From a virus (taxonomy: Duplodnaviria; Caudoviricetes), in IMG/VR virus record IMGVR_UViG_3300031244_000002, positions 1 to 61,666 of that record: 61,666 nucleotides of DNA, one strand, 5' to 3'. The notes under the pieces are model-generated. The model worked only from the letters and a program-made list of their open reading frames with translations. It was not told the origin of the DNA and did no database searches. How positions within the stretch are numbered: position 1 is the stretch's first letter; each line of letters opens with the position of its first letter. Positions 36,564-46,800 of this stretch are shown here, piece after piece. A program made the position numbers and the translations under genes.

Positions 36564-36600
36564 GTCGTACGATCTGCCAAGTCTAAACAATAAGTCATGA
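36551..36600. other. Terminal half-site (core only), candidate attI-like insertion point
   Basis: GCAGAAC complementary to the cassette-15 start GTTCTGC, but no palindromic partner arm follows. Confidence 0.45.
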
Positions 36601-36878
36601 GACTATCTAAACAAGGAATCGAACGCATTAGAAATGGCTTAATTCGCTCTTGGCAGACAGGCGGAACTCATCACCAGCGCGTGCAGACACAAGTAATCGA
36701 CGCAGATACACTGCGTAGGCGTGCTTTAAATGACCGAAAAGGAAAATTCGTTGGATCGTTCGATCTATACCACTCCACGCATCGCAGTGATCAGTTTGAT
36801 CTATTTTTTGAGAGTGAACTTGTTGCAACCGGTGGTCCTAGAGTGATAGCAAAATTTATGGCCAAAATCACACATTGA
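36597..36878 (+). CDS. Hypothetical protein
   Basis: 93-aa ORF right of array. Confidence 0.5.
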   Translation: MRLSKQGIERIRNGLIRSWQTGGTHHQRVQTQVIDADTLRRRALNDRKGKFVGSFDLYHSTHRSDQFDLFFESELVATGGPRVIAKFMAKITH

Positions 36879-36881
36879 CCA

Positions 36882-37217
36882 ATGCCTTATCGATCTAAAG
36901 TAAAACGCCTCCAGTATGCTGCACGATGGCGCCGACAGTATCCGGGATATATGTCTACCTATGGTAAGGAGTATTATAACCGTAAAAGAGAAAAACGCCG
37001 ATCACTTCTAGTTTTATGCATAATTTCACTATTTAAAAATTATCGTTTGGTTAGATCTGCATTTAAATCGGCTAAAATATATACACAGGAATCTAAATTA
37101 TTTAGATATTGGGTAAAAACAGTACCATGCCAAGATATACAAAACCAAATTGATAGACTGAAGAAGGACTTATCACCTACAGCAATACATACATTGGAGA
37201 TTACACTAGAAATTTAA
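36882..37217 (+). CDS. Basic hypothetical protein
   Basis: MPYRSK..R.QYAARWRR pattern; AT-rich. Confidence 0.45.
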   Translation: MPYRSKVKRLQYAARWRRQYPGYMSTYGKEYYNRKREKRRSLLVLCIISLFKNYRLVRSAFKSAKIYTQESKLFRYWVKTVPCQDIQNQIDRLKKDLSPTAIHTLEITLEI

Positions 37218-37218
37218 T

Positions 37219-39480
37219 ATGACTATTCAGAATCAGCTAAAAAACTTGGCGCATAGGGATCAGATTGGGGATTTCCTTAATTCACTTGGCCTAACTGGTA
37301 AAGGGGTAGAAGTCGGAACTCTTTACGGTGCCTATGCATCTGCGATACTTAGTAAGTGGAATGGGAATCTTAATTGCATTGACCCGTGGATAAACCAATC
37401 AGAAAAGGTTTATTTTGATCAGGCTAACGAGCTAGACATGGACCAGGTATTTGATCAATGCAGTGACGGGGTAGGCCGTCACCCACGCTGCACGCTGCAT
37501 CGAACAATGAGCCTTAATGGAGTAGGAAAATTCGATGACTACGAGTTGGATTTCGTTTACCTTGACGGTAATCACTCAGTTGAAGCGATACGTGAAGATA
37601 TATCAGCATGGTGGCCGAAAGTAAAGATAGGTGGTATATTTTCAGGCCATGATTTCTTTACTCGATACGATAGCACGGGGAACTGCGATGCGCTAACGGC
37701 AGTAATGGAACTATCCGAAGCTATCGGTATTCGACCTCATGTAACGTGGTGTTCAAGCTGGTGGTTTATTAAGACAGAGGAGGCGGATTTGAGCTTTCAA
37801 GGAGCTTGCGTAGAAGATCGCCTTTCACGTCCTGTATATACCACAAATCCAGATGAACTGGTTGTAGTTATTCCAGTTGCCAAGTTCGATTGGAATCTCG
37901 CTGTTAAGATGCTCACGTGGTGGTCAAATATGCTCAATGGAAAGCCTAACTACTATCCGACAATAGCACTTTGCTCAACAGAGCTCACCGCTGAACAGCG
38001 TGACGCCATAGGCGACTCAAGATTACCAAATCTATCAATCGTTGTAGCCAACGACGTTAAAGAACTTGGATATTTTGGCTCTCCTAATCAGATGATACGC
38101 CTAGCGCTTGAATACTGTGAAGTAAATTTCTGCGACCGTGCTATGCTTTGGGTCGAGGCAGATACAGTTCCAATGCGCCCATCATGGGTAAGCGATATAG
38201 CCGTTGAGTACTATAATTTCGGACGTCCATTCATGGGCGCTCTTCAACGTGAAGGGCCGGTCCCGCATCTCAGCGGTAACGCAGTGTACCATCCACAATG
38301 GCGCACACTCGCACCATCACTCGCTAAGCTCGGGCAAGAAGCCTGTGGATGGGATAGCCTGTGCGCACACGATATTGTCCCTCGATGCCATGTGGCTAAA
38401 ACTATTCAGCAAATATGGCGCCCACAGCTACCGATAACAGAGCAATTCCTAGAAAGCAGTATTCGACCTGAGACTGCGCTATTCCATCAATGCAAGGATG
38501 GTTCTCTGATCGATGTGTTGTGCAGGCGTGACGGCCTACAAGATATACCGTTAGGCAAAGCGCTATGTGAATCCACATATGAGACAGATAAAATTAAGAT
38601 CATAAACGAACCAGGTCACAAAGTGTTTAAACCAAAACCAAGGTATCAACCGGTAATAAAAACTACATCGATAAGCGTCGAGATATTGATCGTAACACAC
38701 GCAAAAGATATTCCATTCTTAAGGTTTTGCCTAGCATCTATCCACAAAAACACTGCTGGGTTTACAGGCACCACGCTTGTTGTACCTTCATCCGAAAGAG
38801 AGCAGTTCAAAAATATACCTAAGTGGGTTAAAATAGTCTATTTCGATCAAATCGAAGGTAAGGGCGTGATGCATCATGTACTCATGAAATGTAGGGCTGA
38901 TGAACTATGCCCAAATGCTGATGCAATTCTTCACGTAGATGCAGATTGCATGTTCTGGACGCCAACTACACCTGTTCATTATGCTCCTGGAGCTAAGCCA
39001 ATAATTCTCCGTGAGAAGTTCTCTAAAATAGGATCAAGAAATACGACCAGAATGTTATGGCAGAAAAATGTCGAAAGGGCACTAGGATTTCTACCGGAAT
39101 ACGAAACGATGGTTGCCCACCCAAATATCTACCTGAGGAGCCTATATCCAAAGATGAGATCGATAGTTCAAGATATCCATGGGATTCCGTTTGATCAATT
39201 TGCGCTATCTGGTAGGAATGAATTCCCGCAATCGTTCCAGGAATTTACAACGCTTGGTGCAACCGCCATAAAGTACTTTAACGAGTACTACAATTTTGTA
39301 GACTACGACCACGACCGAGACGGCCAGGAATGCGGTGTTGTTGGGTCGGACTACCAATATATTTACCGTCGAGACCGCGATCATCTAGTCGAAGCATGGA
39401 GCCATGGTGGTATCGATCGCTATAAATCAGACTGGACTGCATTCCTAGACGGTAAAGTACCTGCATACTATTTAAAATGA
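37219..39480 (+). CDS. Class I SAM methyltransferase (Methyltransf_24-like) fused to two glycosyltransferase-like domains
   Basis: GVEVGTLYG, IDPW, LDFVYLDGNH, WWPKVKIGG..SGHDF; later WVEADTVP and LHVDADC DxD-like motifs. Confidence 0.7.
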   Translation: MTIQNQLKNLAHRDQIGDFLNSLGLTGKGVEVGTLYGAYASAILSKWNGNLNCIDPWINQSEKVYFDQANELDMDQVFDQCSDGVGRHPRCTLHRTMSLNGVGKFDDYELDFVYLDGNHSVEAIREDISAWWPKVKIGGIFSGHDFFTRYDSTGNCDALTAVMELSEAIGIRPHVTWCSSWWFIKTEEADLSFQGACVEDRLSRPVYTTNPDELVVVIPVAKFDWNLAVKMLTWWSNMLNGKPNYYPTIALCSTELTAEQRDAIGDSRLPNLSIVVANDVKELGYFGSPNQMIRLALEYCEVNFCDRAMLWVEADTVPMRPSWVSDIAVEYYNFGRPFMGALQREGPVPHLSGNAVYHPQWRTLAPSLAKLGQEACGWDSLCAHDIVPRCHVAKTIQQIWRPQLPITEQFLESSIRPETALFHQCKDGSLIDVLCRRDGLQDIPLGKALCESTYETDKIKIINEPGHKVFKPKPRYQPVIKTTSISVEILIVTHAKDIPFLRFCLASIHKNTAGFTGTTLVVPSSEREQFKNIPKWVKIVYFDQIEGKGVMHHVLMKCRADELCPNADAILHVDADCMFWTPTTPVHYAPGAKPIILREKFSKIGSRNTTRMLWQKNVERALGFLPEYETMVAHPNIYLRSLYPKMRSIVQDIHGIPFDQFALSGRNEFPQSFQEFTTLGATAIKYFNEYYNFVDYDHDRDGQECGVVGSDYQYIYRRDRDHLVEAWSHGGIDRYKSDWTAFLDGKVPAYYLK

Positions 39481-40208
39481 GCCAATTTATAATAGCACTT
39501 CAATGCTACGAATCAGATAAGCCACAGGCTATGCAGCTCGCTCGGATGATTGCCGACATAGAGCCAGTCTACCGGCCAGATATAAAGTTCGTATTCGTCT
39601 ACCGGTTCGATTGTGAACCAGATCAAGAGACCATAATGTACGTCTCGCATAAATTCCAGACCGAGACATTTAAGTCCCATTTGAAATGGGAAGGCTGGCC
39701 GGCTGGTCCTAATGGCATGGCTGTTGATATCCTTCGAGCGCTCGACGGCCGCACAAAGACTGGAGAATGGAAGGACATTACCGGAATGCTATTGATCGAG
39801 CCAGACTGTGTTCCGCTTACCACGGCATGGCTATATCTAATCATGCACGAATGGGAGCAGGCTCGTGCTCAAGGCAAGTGGATCATGGGTGCATGGCGTG
39901 ATAGCGGTACTCAATGGGGACACATAAACGGCAATTGCGTTGTTCGTCCTGACTTTGCAAAGCTAGTCGATCTTGACTGCGTGTCCCAGCACTTCGCTTG
40001 GGATTGTGCTGTATCATACTTCACACACGATCACTGGCATATCACGAGCCTTATCCTCAACTGCTTTCAATCGGTAGAAGCACAGGCCGATCAGCTGTTC
40101 ATCGGTGAACTCCACGCGCTAGTTCACGGATTCAAAGACCAATCGGCATTCAACCTAGCGCAGGAAATCATGTTCCCAGAAAAACGTTATGACTGGACCA
40201 AAATTTAG
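39477..40208 (+). CDS. Glycosyltransferase-like protein
   Basis: GWPAGPN, LIEPDCVP, HINGN, WD motifs parallel the middle domain of the upstream gene. Confidence 0.55.
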   Translation: MSQFIIALQCYESDKPQAMQLARMIADIEPVYRPDIKFVFVYRFDCEPDQETIMYVSHKFQTETFKSHLKWEGWPAGPNGMAVDILRALDGRTKTGEWKDITGMLLIEPDCVPLTTAWLYLIMHEWEQARAQGKWIMGAWRDSGTQWGHINGNCVVRPDFAKLVDLDCVSQHFAWDCAVSYFTHDHWHITSLILNCFQSVEAQADQLFIGELHALVHGFKDQSAFNLAQEIMFPEKRYDWTKI

Positions 40209-40893
40209 TATCATTCACGCGAGCTATGGACGGCCTTATAAGGCTATAGCAGCTATGCAGTCTGTATTCAAAAATGCAGTACATCCAGAAAACATTGAGT
40301 ATATTTTCGCCTTCAACGAAAAGGATTCTACTAGGTTCGATTTTGAACTACATCCAGTATTTGACAAATGTAAACAGGTAGTCGGTAGCTTCAAGGGTTC
40401 CGCACCTGCATGGGATGCAGGCGCAAAAGAATCAACTGGAGACATCCTGATCCAGATGCAGGACGATGTAGTACCACCACTTAACTGGGATGAATCACTA
40501 CTAAATACACTCCACTCGGCTATGGCAGAGCCACCAGATTCTGGAGTATACTTCACGAGAATTCCAATATTTGTGGCAATTTCAGATGGCTACCGCCTAG
40601 ACGGATTCTGCTTTATGGCTATCATGAACCGAGCTTACTACAAAATGCGCGGTGAGTTTATCCATCCTGGATACATGTCGGTCTACAGCGATGATGATGT
40701 TTATTTCCAGGCGAAGAAGGCTTCGTCCGAAGGAAAGGCTATTTTAATTGAAGCTCGTGATATCGTTTGGAAGCATGAACACCATTACCATAATCCAGAT
40801 GTCGAACTGGATTCAACCTACCTACGGGAGAACAGCGATGTAGCGTATGCACATGGCCAAGCACTGTTCGCTAAAAGGTGTAATGAATACTAA
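40189..40893 (+). CDS. GT-A fold (GT2-like) glycosyltransferase
   Basis: FSIIHASYGRP, TGDILIQMQDD, YSDDD. Confidence 0.75.
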   Translation: MTGPKFSIIHASYGRPYKAIAAMQSVFKNAVHPENIEYIFAFNEKDSTRFDFELHPVFDKCKQVVGSFKGSAPAWDAGAKESTGDILIQMQDDVVPPLNWDESLLNTLHSAMAEPPDSGVYFTRIPIFVAISDGYRLDGFCFMAIMNRAYYKMRGEFIHPGYMSVYSDDDVYFQAKKASSEGKAILIEARDIVWKHEHHYHNPDVELDSTYLRENSDVAYAHGQALFAKRCNEY

Positions 40894-41623
40894 AATTATA
40901 GTATATATTCCATGCTTAAACCGCAAGCGCATCGTCGAGCAATGCCTCCCAACCGTTGAGTCTGGGCTAGAGCCACAAGACTTGCTATCAATCTGGAACG
41001 ACGGATCTACAGAATACGATGATTATTGGTTAAGACAATTCGGTGACGAGGTAAGACATCCTAGGAATCCAGACGGAGAACAGATATTAATATCTGTAGG
41101 TATAGAAAAACAGCGACGCGCTCATTTCATGGACTTTATGTGCAAAAAAAATGATCATACGCATATGTACCTTACTGATAGCGATGCTATCCATGATCCT
41201 AACTGGAGAGCTAAAGCTCTTGAGATCCAAGATAAATATTTCGGCGTACCGATCTGCCTCTACGACACGAAAGCGCACTCGTCCCTGATTGGTAACACAC
41301 TTGAAGACGACCCATCAAAAGACGTCATCTGGCGCCGTGTTGCCCCTGGGATATCATACTTTCTAACACGATCGCACGTAGAAAAGATAGTACAGACTAT
41401 AACGCACCTTCCAGACCCACTTAACTGGGACTGGGTTGTGCCGAATATCCTTGGTAACTGGTTCGCAATCTCACGTACAAGCTACGTGGATCACGTTGGG
41501 GTACAGGGAATTCACCACCCAGAATCAGAAGGTTTGAATGGTGGTGATCGTGCTACAAACCCAACAGATTGGCTTGTTGCTAAGCGAGCGGAAATAACAC
41601 AAAAGCTATCCAATGCTATCTGA
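40883..41623 (+). CDS. GT-A fold (GT2-like) glycosyltransferase
   Basis: IVYIPCLNR, IWNDGST, YLTDSD, SYVDHVG..G. Confidence 0.75.
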   Translation: MNTKIIVYIPCLNRKRIVEQCLPTVESGLEPQDLLSIWNDGSTEYDDYWLRQFGDEVRHPRNPDGEQILISVGIEKQRRAHFMDFMCKKNDHTHMYLTDSDAIHDPNWRAKALEIQDKYFGVPICLYDTKAHSSLIGNTLEDDPSKDVIWRRVAPGISYFLTRSHVEKIVQTITHLPDPLNWDWVVPNILGNWFAISRTSYVDHVGVQGIHHPESEGLNGGDRATNPTDWLVAKRAEITQKLSNAI

Positions 41624-42020
41624 CGTCTTCGTATCAACCGACCCATCGCTACTTGATCGAGACTGGATTGTCAGTGCGATCCACGCGAGTTACTGGGGCG
41701 AACGGTTCACTGAGGACCAGCTGCTTAGTGCTATCAATGCAACACTGTGCTTTGGTGTGTATATGCGAACAGGCAACAAACAGCAACTAGGATTTGCACG
41801 CGTGCTTACAGACGGAATAACGCTTTCATCCGTAACAGATCTGGTAATTCGTGAAGGCCACCGTAGATCGGGACTTGGCACGCTGCTAATGAAATCCGTG
41901 CTCGCACATCCACGCGTGAGCCAGACAATCTGCGTCCTACAGTCTCGTGACGCCGTGGAGTTTTACCAGAAGCTTGGATTTAACAGTGTAACAAATGTAC
42001 TAACCCACGACCCAGCGTGA
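41613..42020 (+). CDS. GNAT acetyltransferase
   Basis: QLGFARVLTD, DLVI...HRRSGLGTLLM, FYQKLGF. Confidence 0.9.
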   Translation: MLSDVFVSTDPSLLDRDWIVSAIHASYWGERFTEDQLLSAINATLCFGVYMRTGNKQQLGFARVLTDGITLSSVTDLVIREGHRRSGLGTLLMKSVLAHPRVSQTICVLQSRDAVEFYQKLGFNSVTNVLTHDPA

Positions 42021-43846
42021 CCGAACAAGACTTCATCAAAACAGCACTACAAACCCATTCAGGTGCGTGGTTCGAATCACCTTACTGTAAGATCTTCGGT
42101 AAAGACCGATCGAAAGGCGTTTTCACACCCAAGCAGAATTACCTTCAGCATAAGATCCAGATGGTGATCGATAAGATGGAGGACCTTGGCCTTCCAGTTC
42201 GTATCATCGGTTTAAAGCCCCGCCAAAAGGGATCTACCACGTACTTCGCCGCAACCGTCTACCACACCCTAAGGCGCCGCTCTGCATCTGCGATCCTTAT
42301 AGGGGGCCAATTATCACAGGTTGCCGAGGCGTGGGGCATGATGCAGACATATTCAAAGAACGATAAGTTAGACTGGAAGAACGACGGAGATATAAACACC
42401 AAGGAAGGTCGATGGACGCATGGATCTAAACTGATAGGTGAAACCGCAAAGGACGTACTAGCTGGTGTTGGTGGTACGCATCAAGTCCTACACGCATTCG
42501 AGGTAGCACGCTGGGGAGAGCACGGCGTAGCCAATACAGCAGAGGTCTTGGCGAACATACTTAAATCGGTTCCAACGATTCCAGATACTATGATTATACT
42601 GGAGTCGACAGCTGAAGGAAGTGCTGGGGAATTTCCCGAACGTTATTGGGATGCGACTCCAGCCGAACAGTTTTTATCAGGTGAGGTTGATGTAAGTCCT
42701 GGCGCATATGTGAGAGTATTTGCACCCTGGTTTGAATTCGAAGACTCTGCACAGCGTCTCACCGAAGAACAGCAGCGCTACATTCAAGAGACGCTTGATG
42801 CCGACGATGAATACGAAGGAGAAAAGGAACTGATAGAGAATTACCTCACAGAGGAAGAAGGAATACAGCGGCTTGGTAGCTCTATAAAGAATTTCAACGT
42901 GTGGGAGCAATTAGCGTGGCGCAGATACGCAATCCGCCATGAGTGTAAGCGCGACAAGAATATATTCGATCGAGATTTCCCAAAGGACGAGCGTACGGCC
43001 TTTCAGAAGTCAGGCAAGATGCGGTTCAATTACACCGGCATAAGTGTAATGAGGAAACGTGCTTCACTTATCACACCGATCTACGGTATATTTGAAGACC
43101 TGAGCAATCGACGATATGGATTTAGGAAGGTCCAGGCAAACGAGGCTAAGGTAACTATCTTCGAGAAACCAACGCCTAACTTTAGATACATAGTACCGGT
43201 AGATCCTATGACAGGCATAACTCAGACTGGAGGGAAAGATCCAGACTACCATGCGGTGTTTGTACTCCGCGCTGGATATTGGAACGCCAAAGGCCAGTGG
43301 ATTCGTCCATGCACGGCAGCCAGAATAGTACCGTGTCGATGGGATATAGATGTGCTTGAGGATTCGATATGGAAACTAGCTCGCTATTACGGCCCACCAG
43401 GAAGTAATGCTAAAATTGCTATTGAGATGAATCAAGATCGAGGAATTACAGAGCTCCTAAAACTTCGTGGGGCTAATCTCTATCAACGAGAGGTTTTCAA
43501 TAAGATGGAGTTTAAGACGACGAAGGCGCTTGGATTTCAAACAAACGTAAAAACACGCGAGCAACTTATCGATACCCTTGCCAAGGGTATCCGTGAATGG
43601 GATACTCCAGGTGAAGGTATTGATATTTACTGTTCAAACGCACTCGATCAGCTTGAAAACTTCGTTACTAAGGACAATGGTCGATCAGAAGCAGCGGAAG
43701 GAAATCACGACGACGATGTGTTCTCAATTTCACTCGGTCTTGAGCTCATCGACCAGGCCACCATATATATCCCAGAACGAAGCATATTTAGTCCGCCTCC
43801 ATTGGGCGCGGAACAGCATACGGGAACTGGGTCTGCCTACTCCTAG
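42017..43846 (+). CDS. terL: Terminase large subunit
   Basis: LKPRQKGSTT Walker A, LHAFEVA Walker B, ILESTAEG, nuclease VDP...IEMN...HDDDVFS. Confidence 0.9.
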   Translation: MTEQDFIKTALQTHSGAWFESPYCKIFGKDRSKGVFTPKQNYLQHKIQMVIDKMEDLGLPVRIIGLKPRQKGSTTYFAATVYHTLRRRSASAILIGGQLSQVAEAWGMMQTYSKNDKLDWKNDGDINTKEGRWTHGSKLIGETAKDVLAGVGGTHQVLHAFEVARWGEHGVANTAEVLANILKSVPTIPDTMIILESTAEGSAGEFPERYWDATPAEQFLSGEVDVSPGAYVRVFAPWFEFEDSAQRLTEEQQRYIQETLDADDEYEGEKELIENYLTEEEGIQRLGSSIKNFNVWEQLAWRRYAIRHECKRDKNIFDRDFPKDERTAFQKSGKMRFNYTGISVMRKRASLITPIYGIFEDLSNRRYGFRKVQANEAKVTIFEKPTPNFRYIVPVDPMTGITQTGGKDPDYHAVFVLRAGYWNAKGQWIRPCTAARIVPCRWDIDVLEDSIWKLARYYGPPGSNAKIAIEMNQDRGITELLKLRGANLYQREVFNKMEFKTTKALGFQTNVKTREQLIDTLAKGIREWDTPGEGIDIYCSNALDQLENFVTKDNGRSEAAEGNHDDDVFSISLGLELIDQATIYIPERSIFSPPPLGAEQHTGTGSAYS

Positions 43847-43887
43847 TAAATTGACATTTACCAAGTCTGAAGTTAGCCAGCGTTCTA

Positions 43888-46800
43888 ATGCCAACAGCGC
43901 CAGCTAACAAAACTGTCGACGATGAAGAGGATTCCCCTGCCTTAATCGAAGGTGATCCGAATAGGCCAATTTCGCGCAGCCGTCTTGATACCGCTGTCCG
44001 CGCCACGTCTGCGCCTAAACCGTATGAACAGACCGACCAAGAATTAGGCCAGCAACAGCCAGAGCAAAAGGTAATTGGAACGACAGGTGGAGAGATTCCA
44101 ACGTTCGAGAGTGATCGTCCACAGCAACCCGTGCAATGGTCTGCAGACCCAATTAAACGCCAGCAACAGGTACAGCAGGAAATCACGCGCAGACGCCAAG
44201 CACAGGGCTCTGCCGAGCATCCATTCCTTCCTACGGCATGGGCGCCAGACATGTCATCGATAAGCAATCCACACGATGATCGAAAGTTCGAGGCTCAAGC
44301 TGAAGACCAATTCCAGTACCAGCGTCAGCAGGAGGTCGCGCAGCGCCGCCAAGCTGCCCAACAGGCCAAGGCCGACGTTGCCGAGTACAATTCTCAGCAG
44401 CTGCAGAAGTTTACTGCTAATGGTCAGAAACATTACGTTGATCCAGCTACTGGAAAGATCACTCCGGTCGTCGACGAACAAGGTCGTGCACAATTCACAC
44501 CTACAAAATGGGAATTAACAAAGCACCCGAAGACTGGCGATACCATGCTGATGATGCGTGACCGCTATGGCCAACGCCAGTTCAAGGAGCCACAGGTCGT
44601 CGCTGGACTCGATCCAACAGATGAGAACATGTACCACCAGCTTCCAGATGGTACGCTTTCTGAAGAGCCGGCCGGATCGATCGAGGAATTAACCAAGTCA
44701 CCAAACTACCGGGTCGCAAAGGTAGCCCTAGCCGCTCAGAAACGAAATGTTCACGCGAAGCACCAAGAGGCATTGGCCGGAGTGAAGTCACTACTCGATG
44801 ATGCCACGGAGTCACTGAATACTGTAAAGACCCAGCGCGATGATCTTGATGCGCAGATCGCAGATACCGAAAAGCTATCAGCAACAACAACTGATCCGAC
44901 TAAACTTGATGCCCTAACCGCTACGCTCCAGCAGCAGATGGCACAGCGAGATGCGCTCAGCGAGCGTCTAAAACCCAATGGCGACCTAGGCAATATGGTG
45001 AGTCGTCACCGCGCCGCCTATGTTGCGGCTAAAGCATCTCAGGCGGTTGACACTTACAAAGCCCAAGAGGCAGAGATTGCCGCCGCAGTACGCGCACGAG
45101 GTGGTAAACTTGAAGATGACCCTGCCTACAAAGACAACCTTAGGAATCTGCAACTAAACGAGCAGTTGCGCAAGAATGCTGAAAGCGAGTTCAACAAAGC
45201 TAGCGCACTAAGCAAGCCAACGGCCGACATGACCGGTCAAGAAAAGATTGATGATGCGCTCGCGAGCGCCGAACCTTATATCCGAGCTGGCAAGGGCGAG
45301 AAGATGATCGGCAGCACTCCGATCAAAGCATTCGCAGAAGAATTCGGTGATGGTCGTGGCCCGGTCGATCCAAACTCAGTACTTAAACTCCATGATCGGA
45401 GTAAAGAACTGGAAGACCTTCTCAAAAATGACTCAACCACGAGGGTCACACCCATCGTATTAGAACACCTTCAGCAGGAAAAAAATTACGTAGATACCCT
45501 ACTCAAGCAAAGGTTCGCACGACTACCCCAGGATCAGCAGCAGAAAATCACGGATATCACGCGCGATCCAACATTAGGGGAAAAGGGTCTTGAGATGTTC
45601 GCCGGCGCCACCCGCGGCGCGCTCAAAGGAATGTCTGAGGCGGTCAAGGGCACGACTAGTTTCTTCTCCCGTCGATTGATCGACAAGTCGGTGATCAACC
45701 CTGACGACAACGCTGTCACTCGCGCACTCGATCAATTCGAGAAGAATGTTGACACACAGATAGGCGTCAAAGGAATCACCCCCGATGTACGCAAGAAGCT
45801 CCGTGATAGTTTCGTGACCGGTACTGCGCCCGAGATGGCAGGTCAAATGGCATCACTATTTGTACCAGGTGGAGTTGCTGGAAAGATCGGTAAAGCCGCT
45901 GGGCTGGGCGAAACCTCGATCGCTACAATTGGCAAAATTTTAACAGCGGCTACGGGCGCTGCGCAGGGATCGAACTCTTTACGTCAACAGGCCGTCGCTG
46001 TTCTAAAGCCTAAGCTAGACGCCGGTCAGATAACCCAAGACGAATATACTCGGTCGGTCGGAATGGCAGAACTTGCTGGCGGTGCGATAGGTGGATCTGC
46101 ATTCGTGCCGATCAGCCGTATGCTCAACCGTGTGTCGAGCCTACCAACCGGATCTACGCTTATTACTTCGTTACTAGAGCGCGCGGCCAAGGGCGGAAAG
46201 AACTCCGCTGCGCAATGGCTTATCGGCGGCGCCGGTCGCAAGGCCGTGGCTAATGTTGTTTCAGAAGGCGTTGAGATGGGTGGGCTGGGGTTCGCACAGC
46301 AAATGGCCAATGACATTGCCGCGAAGACTATCTTTGACCCTAATCGCAAGCTGAGTATGACCGATGCCTCGAAAGCAGGATCAGACATGGCTGTCATTGC
46401 CGCGCTGATGTCGGCATTTACCCATGCCCTTCCAAAAGGTAAAGGTCCTTCAACACCAGAAATACCTGAGGCTCCAGGATCAACTGCCCCAAAAGAACCA
46501 ACGCAGCCGCCTTCTGCGCCAGAGCCAGTTAAACAATCGGAGCCCGCGGCTAAAGCACCCGAAGCTACGATCCCAGCAGAACATCAGACGGTAATTGATC
46601 GGCTAGCAGATGCAGCTGAAAAAGCTCACACTGGTACTCCCGAGGAACAGGCTGCAGCACAGGTAGAACTTGAAAAGATATTCACGGAGTCAGAGCCAAT
46701 TGTTAAAGGCAAACTCGCTGAGGAGCAGGCTGCTGACAAAGAAGCGCGATCCAAGCCAATAGCCAAAGAGGGTGCTAGCCCAAAGGAAACCGCGAAGGCC

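Larger units (their letters stand above)
30090..36600 (+). mobile_element. Integrase-less integron-like gene-cassette array (~16 cassettes, 15 attC-like sites plus degenerate end sites)
   Basis: Regular alternation of single ORFs and AAC...GTT imperfect palindromes; cassette-end cores complementary in 15/15 cases (12 perfect). Confidence 0.88.
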
